From a virus, in the IMG/VR virus record IMGVR_UViG_3300013132_005564, positions 20,499 to 84,498 of that record: a DNA stretch of 64,000 nucleotides; one strand, 5' to 3'. How positions within the stretch are numbered: position 1 is the first letter of the stretch; the number at the start of each line of letters is the position of its first letter. Below, one piece after another: positions 39,843 to 51,800 of the stretch. Under the pieces are notes generated by a model, which worked only from the letters and a program-made list of their open reading frames with translations, was not told where the DNA came from and searched no databases. A program made the position numbers and the translations under genes.

Positions 39843-42800
39843 ATGGACGAATCAATTCAGCCTGGGGATTGCTGTCCGTTGTCTGACGATGACATAGAAA
39901 CAAAGGACGTCTCGTTCGGTCCGCGAATGGTGAGGCCGGACAGTTTTGATGCATACGTTGACAAGGAATCAGCCAGGGCCAGGGCGAGGATGCTCGGTTG
40001 CATCGGCATCAGGCAATACGGTTCAACCAATGGCGGGACGGTGTGGATGCCGTGCAGCAACGAGTCCGACTACAGACGGGTGACGGGCACCAACTTCTCG
40101 GGTCGCAGGCAGAGGCGAAGAATGCTGAAGGCCGAGCTGGGAGAAGGCATCTCGAAGAAGGCGCTCGGTGCGACCATAGGCATGGTTGGCGGAAGAGTCA
40201 ACACGAACCCGGCAACGGCCATAGACGCCGACCTTGACGGATTGGTTCTGGAGGGTCTGCCATTCATCAATCTCGGTAGGGGCGTGCCGGACCCGACGCC
40301 TGGCGGCACAAACGAGCTGTTGCCGAACGCAGACAACAGGAATTTCGCCATGGCGGCAATGTCGAATCGCAGGGGGCCGAGGATCTCGCCCCCCGGCGAA
40401 ATTGAGCTTTCCAGGGATGGCGACGACTCCGCTTCGCCCGCGACGAGGATGCCCAGCCAGAGGGCAACGCGCTCCAGAAAGAGGGAGACGACTTTCGCCG
40501 ATGTGGACACAGACAGGTTTGACGAACTGATAGCGAGGATTGCGGACGACGTTGCGAGTTCAGAGGTGGCCGCGGATGTCTCCTCGGACGAAGCTGTCGG
40601 CAAGTTGCTTGACGACGTCAGGGGCATCGCATCTTCGGTGGCGGAGGTTGTTGACGGGCACATTGACTCCCGTCCCCGAAGGAGCACGTCGACAAGGGAC
40701 GCGGCCGAGGAGACCTCAACGCGAATCACGGCGAAGGCCATTGGGACCGTGATGGAGATCTCCAACAACCCGACGCAGTCGCTATCGGAAAACGAGAATC
40801 TCACGAGGCTCGTGACCTCATCCATAATCGAGCGTGGCGCCGCGGAAGTGGCGTCGTTGACCGGGAAACCTGGGATATGGGCATTCCTGGTGCAGGCGAT
40901 GATCGGCGGCGCCTACGCCACCCAGAGGGCCTGGGAGTTGCTTGCCAGAATTTTCGGCGTGGAGAACAACACCGGTTGGGTTCCAGAACCGACAGGCAGG
41001 TTCGCCGAGGCGCTCGCCCCCAGCCTCGCAAACGAGCGGAAGAAAGCCGCCAGAAGTCGAGCCCTTGACTCCTCCGGGAGGGCCATTGACGCACTGCGCC
41101 AGGCTGGATTCGCGATATCGGACGCATCCGAGGTTCCGGCGATAGCGGACGACATGGCCTCGGCGCTGGATTCCCCGGAGCTGATTGAGTTGCCGGGCGA
41201 CAAGAAACCCGGGCCGGCGCCGACGCTTGACGCTCTCGACGAAATAATCCAGAGGATCAACGCGACGACCGGCAAGACCAGGCCGCGGGGCGCGCGCAAG
41301 CCCTCGTACTCCAAGTACAGGGGGACGAGCGAGGAAATACTTCGAAACAGGATGGACATAGCGGGCGTGCCGAGCGGCATAGACGATGTGTACCGCACCA
41401 ACTCGGTTGACGTCCCGACGGACAACGAGCGACTGGCAGCCAAGCTGATCTCTACGCCGGGACGAAATGGCCAAGGCGCGCTCAACGCGGAACTTCTCTA
41501 CAGGGCGCTCTCGGACAGATCGGCCCTCAGGTCGTACGTGTCGCCCGTTGATTCACCCTTCGTGGCGCAACTCGCGACGCTGATAGAGGAGGGGAGGCTG
41601 CCACGTCTCGCCGACGCCCTGCTGGAAATGTCGCCGCAGACGGTGGAAAATTTCCTGGCCGTTCCGCCGCGACCAATCATCTCTGCGGCGAGGGCCGCGC
41701 GCAAGACTCTTCGCCCGTCCGGGTCGTGGATGGCGAGAATATCCAACGACCCCTTTGAGACCGCCTTCCACATGTTGAGGGCCAAGGACTACCACCTTTC
41801 TTCCATATTCTCCGGCGCCGACAGCGGAAAGCTCACGGATGCCGTAGACGAGCTGGTCGGCAACAACGTATCCGAGACGGCAGCGATATTCGGGTCCTTG
41901 GTCGCCTTGAACAAGGAAAGGCTCGCGGAGGCGTACGACGGATCGCAGAGCGTCGCCCAAGGCGGCAACCGCCTGCTCAGGACCGCGAGGAACCTGATCG
42001 CGTCGGCCACCGAGAACGACAGCGTGTGGGCGGCGACCCGGGACTCAATCTCCGACGTCACTGCGGCGATGCTCGGCGGGGACTCCGCCGATGCGGCGAT
42101 GTCCCGGCAGGTGGTCAGGTTCGGGAGCAACTACCCGAGGCACAGGAGGAAGACGGGGGACTGGTCGCCGATCGCCAACAAGATAAGAGACGGGGTCAAG
42201 GCCTACAGGGCAAGGTACGGTCCGATTGCGTCAAACTCCGCGGATCTCAGTCGCTTCGTGAATTTTTCCTACCCCGAGCTCTTGAGCGAGGCCTCCGAAC
42301 TGATCGATTTGATGAAGGAGAAGGTCGAGTTCGGGTCCCTAAAGTTCGAGGACTACGCGCGCAACGGGTGGATAAACCGGGACACGGCGGAGCTCGACGT
42401 TGACGAGTTTGACCCGACGAACCTGGAGACGATCTTCGACAAGGGTTCGCAGATGGGTCTCTTCAAGTCGATCGGCGTGGTCCTCGTGGCTGCGTCAAGG
42501 GTGGCCCCGTCGCGCGACGAGAGGGAGGCCGTCCTCGACCTGATGGATGAGGTCAACGAATGGACGTTCACCGCCCTGCCCCTCTACTCGGAGCCGCGGT
42601 CGGTGACCGACAGGCGCCGCGGGATATTCCCGTCGTCCGCATCGGCCGACGCAGGAATGACCGTCAACAGGCCCGTGCCCGACGACGTCCGGCAAACACT
42701 GATGTCCCTCACTCGCCCGTACGACTCAGGACAGACGCAGGGTCTGCCGACGATCAGGATGCAGAGGAAGCTCGTCGAGAAGGCCAATGAGCTCATGAGG

Positions 42801-45800
42801 AACGACCTACCGGACGACCTTGCGCAGAGAATGGCCGCGAGCCCGAACGGGCCGACGATAGACATCTCCGAGCTGTTCCTCGGCACGGCGGAACAATTCC
42901 GCTGGGACCAGGCGACGATCGCCTCGTTCTACGAGGAAGTGGCCGAGATGATGAACAGGATGGTCCAGGAGGTGCCCGATGCGAAGAGGCGCCAGAAACT
43001 TGCGGACATGTTCACTGGGGCGCTCGAGGACATAGCCGACAACATGGACAACGAGAACACCGAGTTCTTCGACAGGGTCGGGGACATCCCTTCACGAACG
43101 GTCGGACGACTCTCGCGGAGGGCGTCCAGGTCTCAGGTCGCCGAGGATACGGCAGACGCCGGAATGACGGTGAACAGGGGCGTGCCGGAGGACGTGCGCG
43201 AGACGCTGATGAGTCGCCAGAGCCCGCTCGGGTCGGGAGAAAAACTCGGGCTGCCAGAGCGCAGAATTTCTCGGAAGCTTACCGAGGTTGCCAACGACAT
43301 TTTTGCGGCGGATCGCATTGCGAACGACTCGCCGCTGCCATCCCCCGGCATCGCCGAAGTGTTCTTCAACACGGCAGGTCAACTGAGGTGGGACCGACCG
43401 ACGACCGAGTCCTTCTTTGAGGACGTTCGGCGCATGATGAACCAAATGGTCTCGGAGATCCCGGATTCGACGCGCAGGAACAGGCTGGCGGACGTCTTCT
43501 CCGAAGCCCTGTCGGACATAGAAAACAGAATAAACGCAGGGATGAAACCCATAGGCACCCCAGACGCCGACGCAGGCATCAGGGGACGGGATTTGCCGGA
43601 CCGGGAGACGACGGTCCTGTTCGACGGCGTGATGGAGGTCGTCAGTTCGCTCGACAACAACCCGAATCTGGAGGAGAGGGACTCGCCGGAGTCGCTGAGG
43701 GAGAAGCTGCGCGTCGTCGGAATTACCGGAACTCTGGGGAACGACGAGGACTTCGACAACATGATTGCGTCCGTCTTGCCGACGATGGGGAGAACGGAGG
43801 AGTCGTACTCCCCGACGTCGGGAGTCAGCAAGGCCGCCATGGACGATCTCGACTACATGTTCTACGAGGTAATGAACGAGCTCAACATGTCCACCGAGGA
43901 CCCGGCCGAGGAGTTCGTCAGGAGACTCAGGAGACAGTTCGGAGTCAGCAACGCCGACCAGTTCCACGACCTGATTCGCTCGGTGAGCACGCAAAGCGGT
44001 ATCGGGAGCAGGGGCGAGTACGTGGGGCAGGTTTACGACGGAAGCTACCTGACCACCTCAGCGATCAAGTCGCGAATACGGGCGACCGTTCCTGGTTTCT
44101 ACGAGGCGCTCGATTCCATGGAGTCCGAAGATGTGAGCGCCGGGATGGCCGGGCCGACCATAGATCGACTGAGGAACAATGTCCTCGAGGCCCGAAGGAT
44201 CAGGGAGCTCGGAAAAATCGCCGAGATCGACGACGCCAAGGACTACGCCATGCGGACCGTGGAGGCCAGGCGAAGGAGGTTGATCGGGATGAGCGAGCCC
44301 GGTGGTTTCATCGAGTTCGTGGCAAGGGGAGTAACGGACCAACGATCGCCGCTCTCGCTGACGAGGATTGCGCAGGCGAAGGGTGGTTACGAGAAGGTCA
44401 TTCGTGACGCAGACCCCGATGTGGTCAATGCGATTTGGGGTGCCCTAGGGGAATTCGTCAGGGGCGCAAGGGGCGACTTCATGACGAGCACGCCGAGCAA
44501 CAACACGAGGCTGCTGTACCGAGCCGCCGTTGCGCGGGCAATTTTCGAGGACGCCGAATTCAAGCCCATATCCGAGGGCAATTTCACGGACGACGAACTA
44601 CTTGCGAAGCTAGGCGTCGGAGCGTACGAGGACCTCCTGCCGAACAACTCCATGCTCACCATAACGGAGTCCGACATCGACGCCGTGCCGTCCGTCAGGT
44701 CAAAGGCGGCGCAGGCACTCGAAATACTCGCCATGGACAGGACTCAACTAATACAAATGCTCACCAACGATGCCACCAGACCCGAAACGCAGCAAGCCGT
44801 CGGCGCGGAGATTGAGCGAATTATCAAACTGGCGAGGGACCGCATCGACGGTCAACGGGGCAAATTGGAATACGTTCCGACCAGCGACCACATGAAGCAG
44901 ATATCCCTAGCCGAACTGATCAGCCCCCTGGACGGGGAGACCCTCGCAGCGTTCGTCGAGGACCTGACCGACGCCCAGCTGACCAGCCTGCAGAATGTGA
45001 ACCTGCCGGAACAGGCAGCGTCACAACTCGTCAACGAGTCAAAGAGGATCTCGTGGTCGTCGGCAGCCAGGAAGATGGTCGCCCTATCCGATCTGCACGG
45101 CGCAAGCGTTGCGGAAGCAAGCTCGCTCGCCAGCCGGCTGGACGCGCTTCTCGCCACGGGGGAAATGACCGAAAACGTCAGCAACCTTGTCCGCGCAATC
45201 CAGAACAGGGATGCAGAGGAGATAGCGCGACTGATAGGTGCCACCAACGTGGCAGAACCCGATGAGGAGAGGTCCATCCTGAGGGCGTTGTACGAGTTCT
45301 CGAGGAACGCCGAAGGTGAATCAATCTCCGCCATGCTCCCGCCCGCGATTGACGAGGCGACGGATCTGGCCATACGTAGGTCCAAGGCGATAGTCGCCCT
45401 GAAGTCGCAGCCGGACGGCGGGAGGGGCCTCGCAAGGAGGACCATCGACACCCATCCGAGGCAGACAAAGGGTTACGATCTCGTCAGGACCGTGCCCGAC
45501 GCGACGCCCGAGGACGAGAAGTTGTTCGACCTAGGTAGGGCGATCCAGGATTACAACGGCTCGACGGAGTCCGCCGTGCGCCTCGTCTACTCGCTGACCG
45601 ATCTGCAACTACAGAACCTGAGGAACAACTACATCATTCCGTCAATTCTGCAGCGGATGGATCACGCGGCCTTCGAGAAGAGGAAGCAAAGCGGATTGAT
45701 CGCGGAGACGAGGGCGAGGATAGACAACCTCGGAAGGCGCCTCGGAATGATGAGCATGGCCCCGGGGTCTGGCAACTTGGTCGAAGAGACGGTTGGAATG

Positions 45801-48800
45801 ATCGACGACGCCCTTGCGACTGCGTTCGGGGAGAGGGCCACGGAAATATCCGCCCTCACTCCCGAAGAACGCGAGACGTACACGGACATCATCGACTACT
45901 TCGTTTCCGGTGGCAGGGAGTCCTTTGAGGACCCGTCGGAGTACGGCAGGAGGTTGAGGGGTTTCCGCGACTCGGTAACTCCGAGCACCGACCCCGGGTC
46001 GGGGGAAGAGGACCGGTCCGGAGGGGGGACGGCGACCGACGACTACTGGGACATCTTCGACGACGGGAACGCCGGTATGTCGGACGGCAAAAAACTAAAC
46101 GAGGAGGCCGCTAGGCGCATTTTCCCCGGAGTCGAGGAGTACGTCAAGACGGGAACGAGGACGGAGACCACCAGTCTCCCGATAACCGACGACCGGGACA
46201 CGATGGTTGAGGCGAGGCGCATCATCGCCGCGCTATACGACGTCGCGGTCGGCAGGATCCCCGATGACATCGCCGAGAAAATGCGGGCGGACGGAAGCCT
46301 CGCAACGAGCCAGGCCATTTACCCAGCGGTGGTCCAATCCACGCTCCGCGCCCTGGCCAGCGCAGACGGGATGCCCTTCGACTTCCGTTCGTTGCCGAAC
46401 GACTACGACCCGAGGAACGACAAGGACATTGACAGGAGAAATTTTTTCCTCGGCGCCATGACGGAGCTGGTCGCCCTCCACGTCGCTCTTGGTCTGCCCG
46501 AAATCGTGAGCAGCGACCCGACCCGCACGCCCAACAACATATCAATCGACCTTCACCGAGACGATTTCCTGATGGTGCTCCCGCCGGATCTCGACCTCGC
46601 CGACGACTCAAAGTTGAGGTTCTCGTACGACCCACAGGGGCGCGCAGGGACATTCGAAACGTGGGACGACGCCGCGACCGGGGAGTTCGACGGAGACCCG
46701 GAATCGCATCCGACGGTGATTCAAATTGCGGATAGCATCGCCCAGCTCAGGAGGCTCTTCCCGGGGTACAACGACTGGCTTGACCAGGCGAATCGCTATT
46801 CGCGGACCCTCGCCCCGGGCCACTACGAGAAGAACAAAGATTTCGGCGAGAGCCTGATAGACCAGCTGAAGAGGGACCCCTCGGCGCTGGACCTCGACAA
46901 GGTGATGCGTGCCATCACGGCAACCTTCCCCGACAGGGAAGGCGAGGAATCCAGGATGTTCGCCGACGCCGCATCCCTCCCTCCAGACCCTGACGACGTA
47001 AGCGACTTCCCGGATCTGAGCTCGTACCCGGACCCGGACGTCATGACGGGTTCCGACATGCCGAGGGACAGAATCTCCAAGCAGAGGAAGATCGCCATAT
47101 CGCCCGCCAAAGCAAGCGTCGCCGCCAGGCAGGCTTGGTGGTCGTCATTCACCTCGGGAACGCTCATGGACGAGTACGAGATAGCCGCGATAACCAAGAC
47201 GACCGACGGGGACAACTTCCACCCGGAGGCCATACTTTCCGGTCTCAAGAAGTACGCCCGGGACAACGGGATCGACGATTCCACGTTCAGCTCCCTCCGT
47301 GCGGCTGCCACCAAGGCCGCGGCCCAGCGCTACAACGCAGTCGCGCTCCAGAAGACGATAGCGACGCTGAACGACATCGCAATGAGGCCGGGCGGCATAC
47401 CGGCCGAATTGAGGAACATCGCCTCCGAAATGAAGCGAATGGACAACATAACCAAGGAGATCAGCCGCCACTATCAGGACAGGATCAGGGCGAGGATACA
47501 GACCCTCTACTCCACGTACGCGACGCTCTACAAGGGCCTCATGGAAGCACAAAACGTGCTCAAGCAACGACTGGCCGACGGGGAGATCACCCCGCAGGGA
47601 TACGTTGACGATTGGCACAAGGCGTACAGAGCGGTTCTCCCGGCGATCCTCTCGGCTTCCAGGCAGATCGGGGAACTCTCGTCCAAGGCAAACGCAACAA
47701 GGAGGGTGCTGGCGGCGCTCGAGGTCCAGAAGTCCGAGCTGAACCAGAGAGTCCAGGAAATCCAGGAAGCTACGCGCCTGACGTCGGACGACATGCAGAC
47801 CCGCATGCAGATGCTGCGAGACATCACGAACGGGTTGTCCCACGCCGCAAAAGACCCGTCGGCACTCAACGACGACACAAACGCAGGGATGTCAATCGGC
47901 AGGTCAAGGTTCGGCATCGTCGGCTCGTCCGAGGGGGACGCACCCCGCACGCGGGAGTTGATGACGAGGACGGAGAAGCGCTTCGTCTCCGAGGCGAACA
48001 TGATCGGGAACGTGCTTTCGACGATGAACATGGAATCAATGCGAGCCATCCCGAACATGAGGGCCGCGTTGTCGGCCCTGCGCAACGGTTCTCCGTCGGC
48101 GTCGGTGCCGCCAGCCCGTCTCGGCACCGAGTCCGAAATGGGTCAGCTCAAGAACATGGCCTCCGTCATGTTTAGGGCCGACCTCGACGCCGAGAGCATG
48201 TCTCGCTCGGTGATGGGAAACAGGTTCCTCAGGTTCTCCGACATAGCGAGGATGACCCTTCCCGACTTCACCCGCCGTATCACGGAGGACATAATCACCT
48301 CGGGAATAGCGGCGACGATAATGAACAACGGAGTTGGCGAGTCCGACGTCGACTCGGCACTGATAATGCTCGCCCAGTCGACGGAGAACATGAGAAACAT
48401 GGCCGTCTACAATCACCCGAGCGTCACCGCCAAGGCGTTCGGGGTGACCGAGGACGACGTTTCGGACGCCATAGCGACCGAGTCCCTGATCACGAGGAGC
48501 TCAAGGTTGCTCAGGTCGGCGCAGTCCTACGCCTTGAGCCTGTCCGGGGCGTACTCGGAGGACACCGTCCGGAGAATGACGATGAACAGGTTCCCCGAGC
48601 TCGAATCTTTCGACGACGAATACCTCCGATCGCTCGCTCCGTCCGACCAGAAGAGGGCGGAAGCTTCGCGCCAGCTCAACTCAGCGATCTCGAGGAACAA
48701 GCTGGTGAAACTGAGTCCGAGATCCGTCCCCCTCGCCTACGGGGTTTCGGAGGACGTGGCCAGCCTGATATCCGCGGCGTCCGCGACGCGGACTCCGCCG

Positions 48801-51800
48801 CGCGACCTCCGCAACACCCTGCCATCGGATTGGGAGTTCATGACTTTCCGGGACAGGCAACTGTGGCTCGGATCGGAGGAGGCCTTCAACACGCTGGGCA
48901 AGCTCGGCGTCAACGACGAGCTCACCGAACTGCAACGACAAATCGAGGATTTCGGGTCCATGGACGGACCTTACCCGGCGATCGCAAGGGCGATCTCCGG
49001 CAACCGCGGGACGAGGGGATTGTTCGGTCGCGAGCTGATACTGCCGAACGGAAGAAGCCCGATCTACGACTCCACCGGCCTTGCCGGCTCCGAGCTGAAG
49101 GAGAACGGCAGGAACCAGATCAGCCTCCTGCTCGAGGCGGTGCCGGGGATGGACCAACTATCGGACAGGGGCCTAGCGAAGTTCCTGAACACCGACTTCG
49201 ACACCGTCTCCAAACTGAAGAGGCCGGGCATGGCCGTTGCTCCCGAGGGGGCGGACAGGATGGCCGCGGCTTTCGGCATCGTCGCCTCGGACATTTGGCC
49301 GGCGGTAAAGCCGTCCGCGGACACCGACCCGGGCAACTTCTACTGGCTCGCCTCGACGTGGGACAGATCGGGCGAGGCGATCAGGTCCATCTCGGAAGGC
49401 ATAGACCCGGCGGAGTTGATGTCGGAAATGGACAACTCCGACTTCATCTACTCAAGGGTGCAGAACCTCGTGAACGACGGAACCGTCGAGCGTTTCTACG
49501 ACGCTCTCGGTCTGGAGGAGATAACGGCAGAGGACGCATCCGCCTACGCAACGGGGATCGCCCCGAGGAGCAGGAAGGCGGTCGTCGAGCTGCTCGCGTC
49601 ATCCGGCTACAGGGAGCAGGACATCGTCGACGCAACGGGATTCAACCCGAACACGGTCAGGAACTCCCTGCACGAGCTCAGGAAACAGGGTCTCATTCCG
49701 GACGTCGTCGGCGGACCCGGCTGGGTGGCTAAAAACTCGCGCTACGTGATGGACGACTTCAACGCCGGTCAATCCAAGCGGTCCCTCATGAAAAAATACG
49801 GGATAGGGGCGAGGACTCTCGACTCGATCATTCAGGACGGCATGAGTCGCGGCAGAATTCCCGACGCCTACACCGACGGGGCCGACGCAGGCATGGCGAA
49901 CAGACGGTTGCCGGACAAGGCCGAGCTGTCGGACGGTCCGAGCGAAAACTGGAGAACCGACAGATCACAGAGGGCCGACGGAACGCCGATCGCAGCGGAC
50001 ACGCAGAAACCCCCGGCGGTCGTCGCCAATCCGTTCTTTGATCCCGCCTCCCCGGCGGCGCTGTCAATCTCGGGGGAACCGAAAGACCCCGACAAGACAG
50101 AGATTTGGAAAAAGGCGATTTCCGACTACATATCGTTCGCGATCGAGGGCGGTTTTTTCACAAGCTCCCCCGACCCGGATCCCGCCAAGCAAGTCCTCAT
50201 GGCCATGTTCAACGAGCGACCGGACGTCCAGGAGCCCGTCGACAGGGTGGACATGCCGTTCGTGACCGAGTATCCGCCGCGCGATGCAAATAAGTCGCAG
50301 GGAACCGGCAGGGATTACGGATTGTTCGCGATCGCCACCAGGCAGGAAAATCCGGACATGTACCCCGGGCCCATGCACGCCATGCCCTTTCTGGCGACCG
50401 TTGATTTTGACGCCCAGGGAATCTACAGGGGGATCATGCCGATGTTGAGGGACATGATCCTCGCAACCTGGGACAAGTCCAACAGGCAGGAAAATCCGGA
50501 ACTGTACGCCGGGCACGTCCGCACGGAAGAGCTGATCGAGGCGGGATTGCTGGACGAGCCCGAGATGCCGCAGGGATTCGACGACGAGATGCGAGCGAAG
50601 CTGTGGCAACTCAGGCAGGTCATGCGCAATCCGATGATGGTCGACGCTCCCCCGCTGTTTGAGCCGGGCGATCTCGAGATGATGAACAAGGTTCTTCCAT
50701 TGATGGCGGCGGCCGACGAGCAGAACGAGTTGCTGCGCAGGTTCGGATCAACCACGACAGAAGCCCTGAGAAACCCCTCGCCGGCGATCGGCCCGACCGT
50801 TGCGGGCAACACCCTCGGCCAACCTGAAGACTTCCAACCGGGGATTTATGGAAACATGATGAGCGGAGTTCCGATGTTCTCCAACCTCCTGCTCAGCGCC
50901 GCGCTGGAGGGCAACGCGGAAGTGAAGAGCCTGCTGGATTCAATGACTCCCAGGCAGATAATGCTCACCAACTGGGCCTACTCGCTGTATTCCGCCGTCG
51001 GTCCGATCATCGAATCGTTTGGGAGAATGATGCCCGTCAGTACCATCAGAACCCCAAACATCAACATTCCGGACGAGGCGGGAACGAGGACAAATCTCGG
51101 CGACGTCATCTACCGACCGGTCCCCGAAGTTGACGACCAGGTTTTTGCATTCGTATTCGACTCGATCTTCAAGGCCCTACAGGGAGTCGCCGAGAGACCA
51201 GACGACCTGATCGTTGAGTCTCTGCCCTACGGGAAGCACACAAACAAATCAAAGAACAATGACTTCGGGGTGCTCGCCCAGCTCGAGGTCGTCGAGATGC
51301 CCGACGAGAACATGCTCAAGCTCAAGGAGTCGGTGAAGATCCTCGCAAGACTCACCGCCAACGCGCTGGCGACCAATCTGTACCGCCGTGCCGGCAGGGC
51401 GAGCGGTCTGGAAACCGGCTACGGACGCACCCCGTTCACAGAAGGCTCCGGGGACGGAACGCAATGGTTCCGTTACGCCCGCCCGAGGCTTGACTCCTAC
51501 GGGCACTGGTCCATGTACGGTCCGAACATCGTCTACGCAGGCGAGGGCAGGAATCCGTATACCCCGGGATGGAGCGACGAGGAAACGCTGATGCGGGAGA
51601 GCATGGGCCAGCCGATCTCCGAGAGCGCCGAGGACGCCGAGACGCTCAAGGCCATGCAGACGCTGCTTGACGAGATGCCAGGGGAGTACTGGTGGCAAGC
51701 CTCCGACGCCGCCGGAACCCTGACCGACGAACAAATAATCGCCATGCACCCCGAGGAGTTCGCGCATTACGTGGCCAACGTCTCCGCGCTGGAGGACGGA

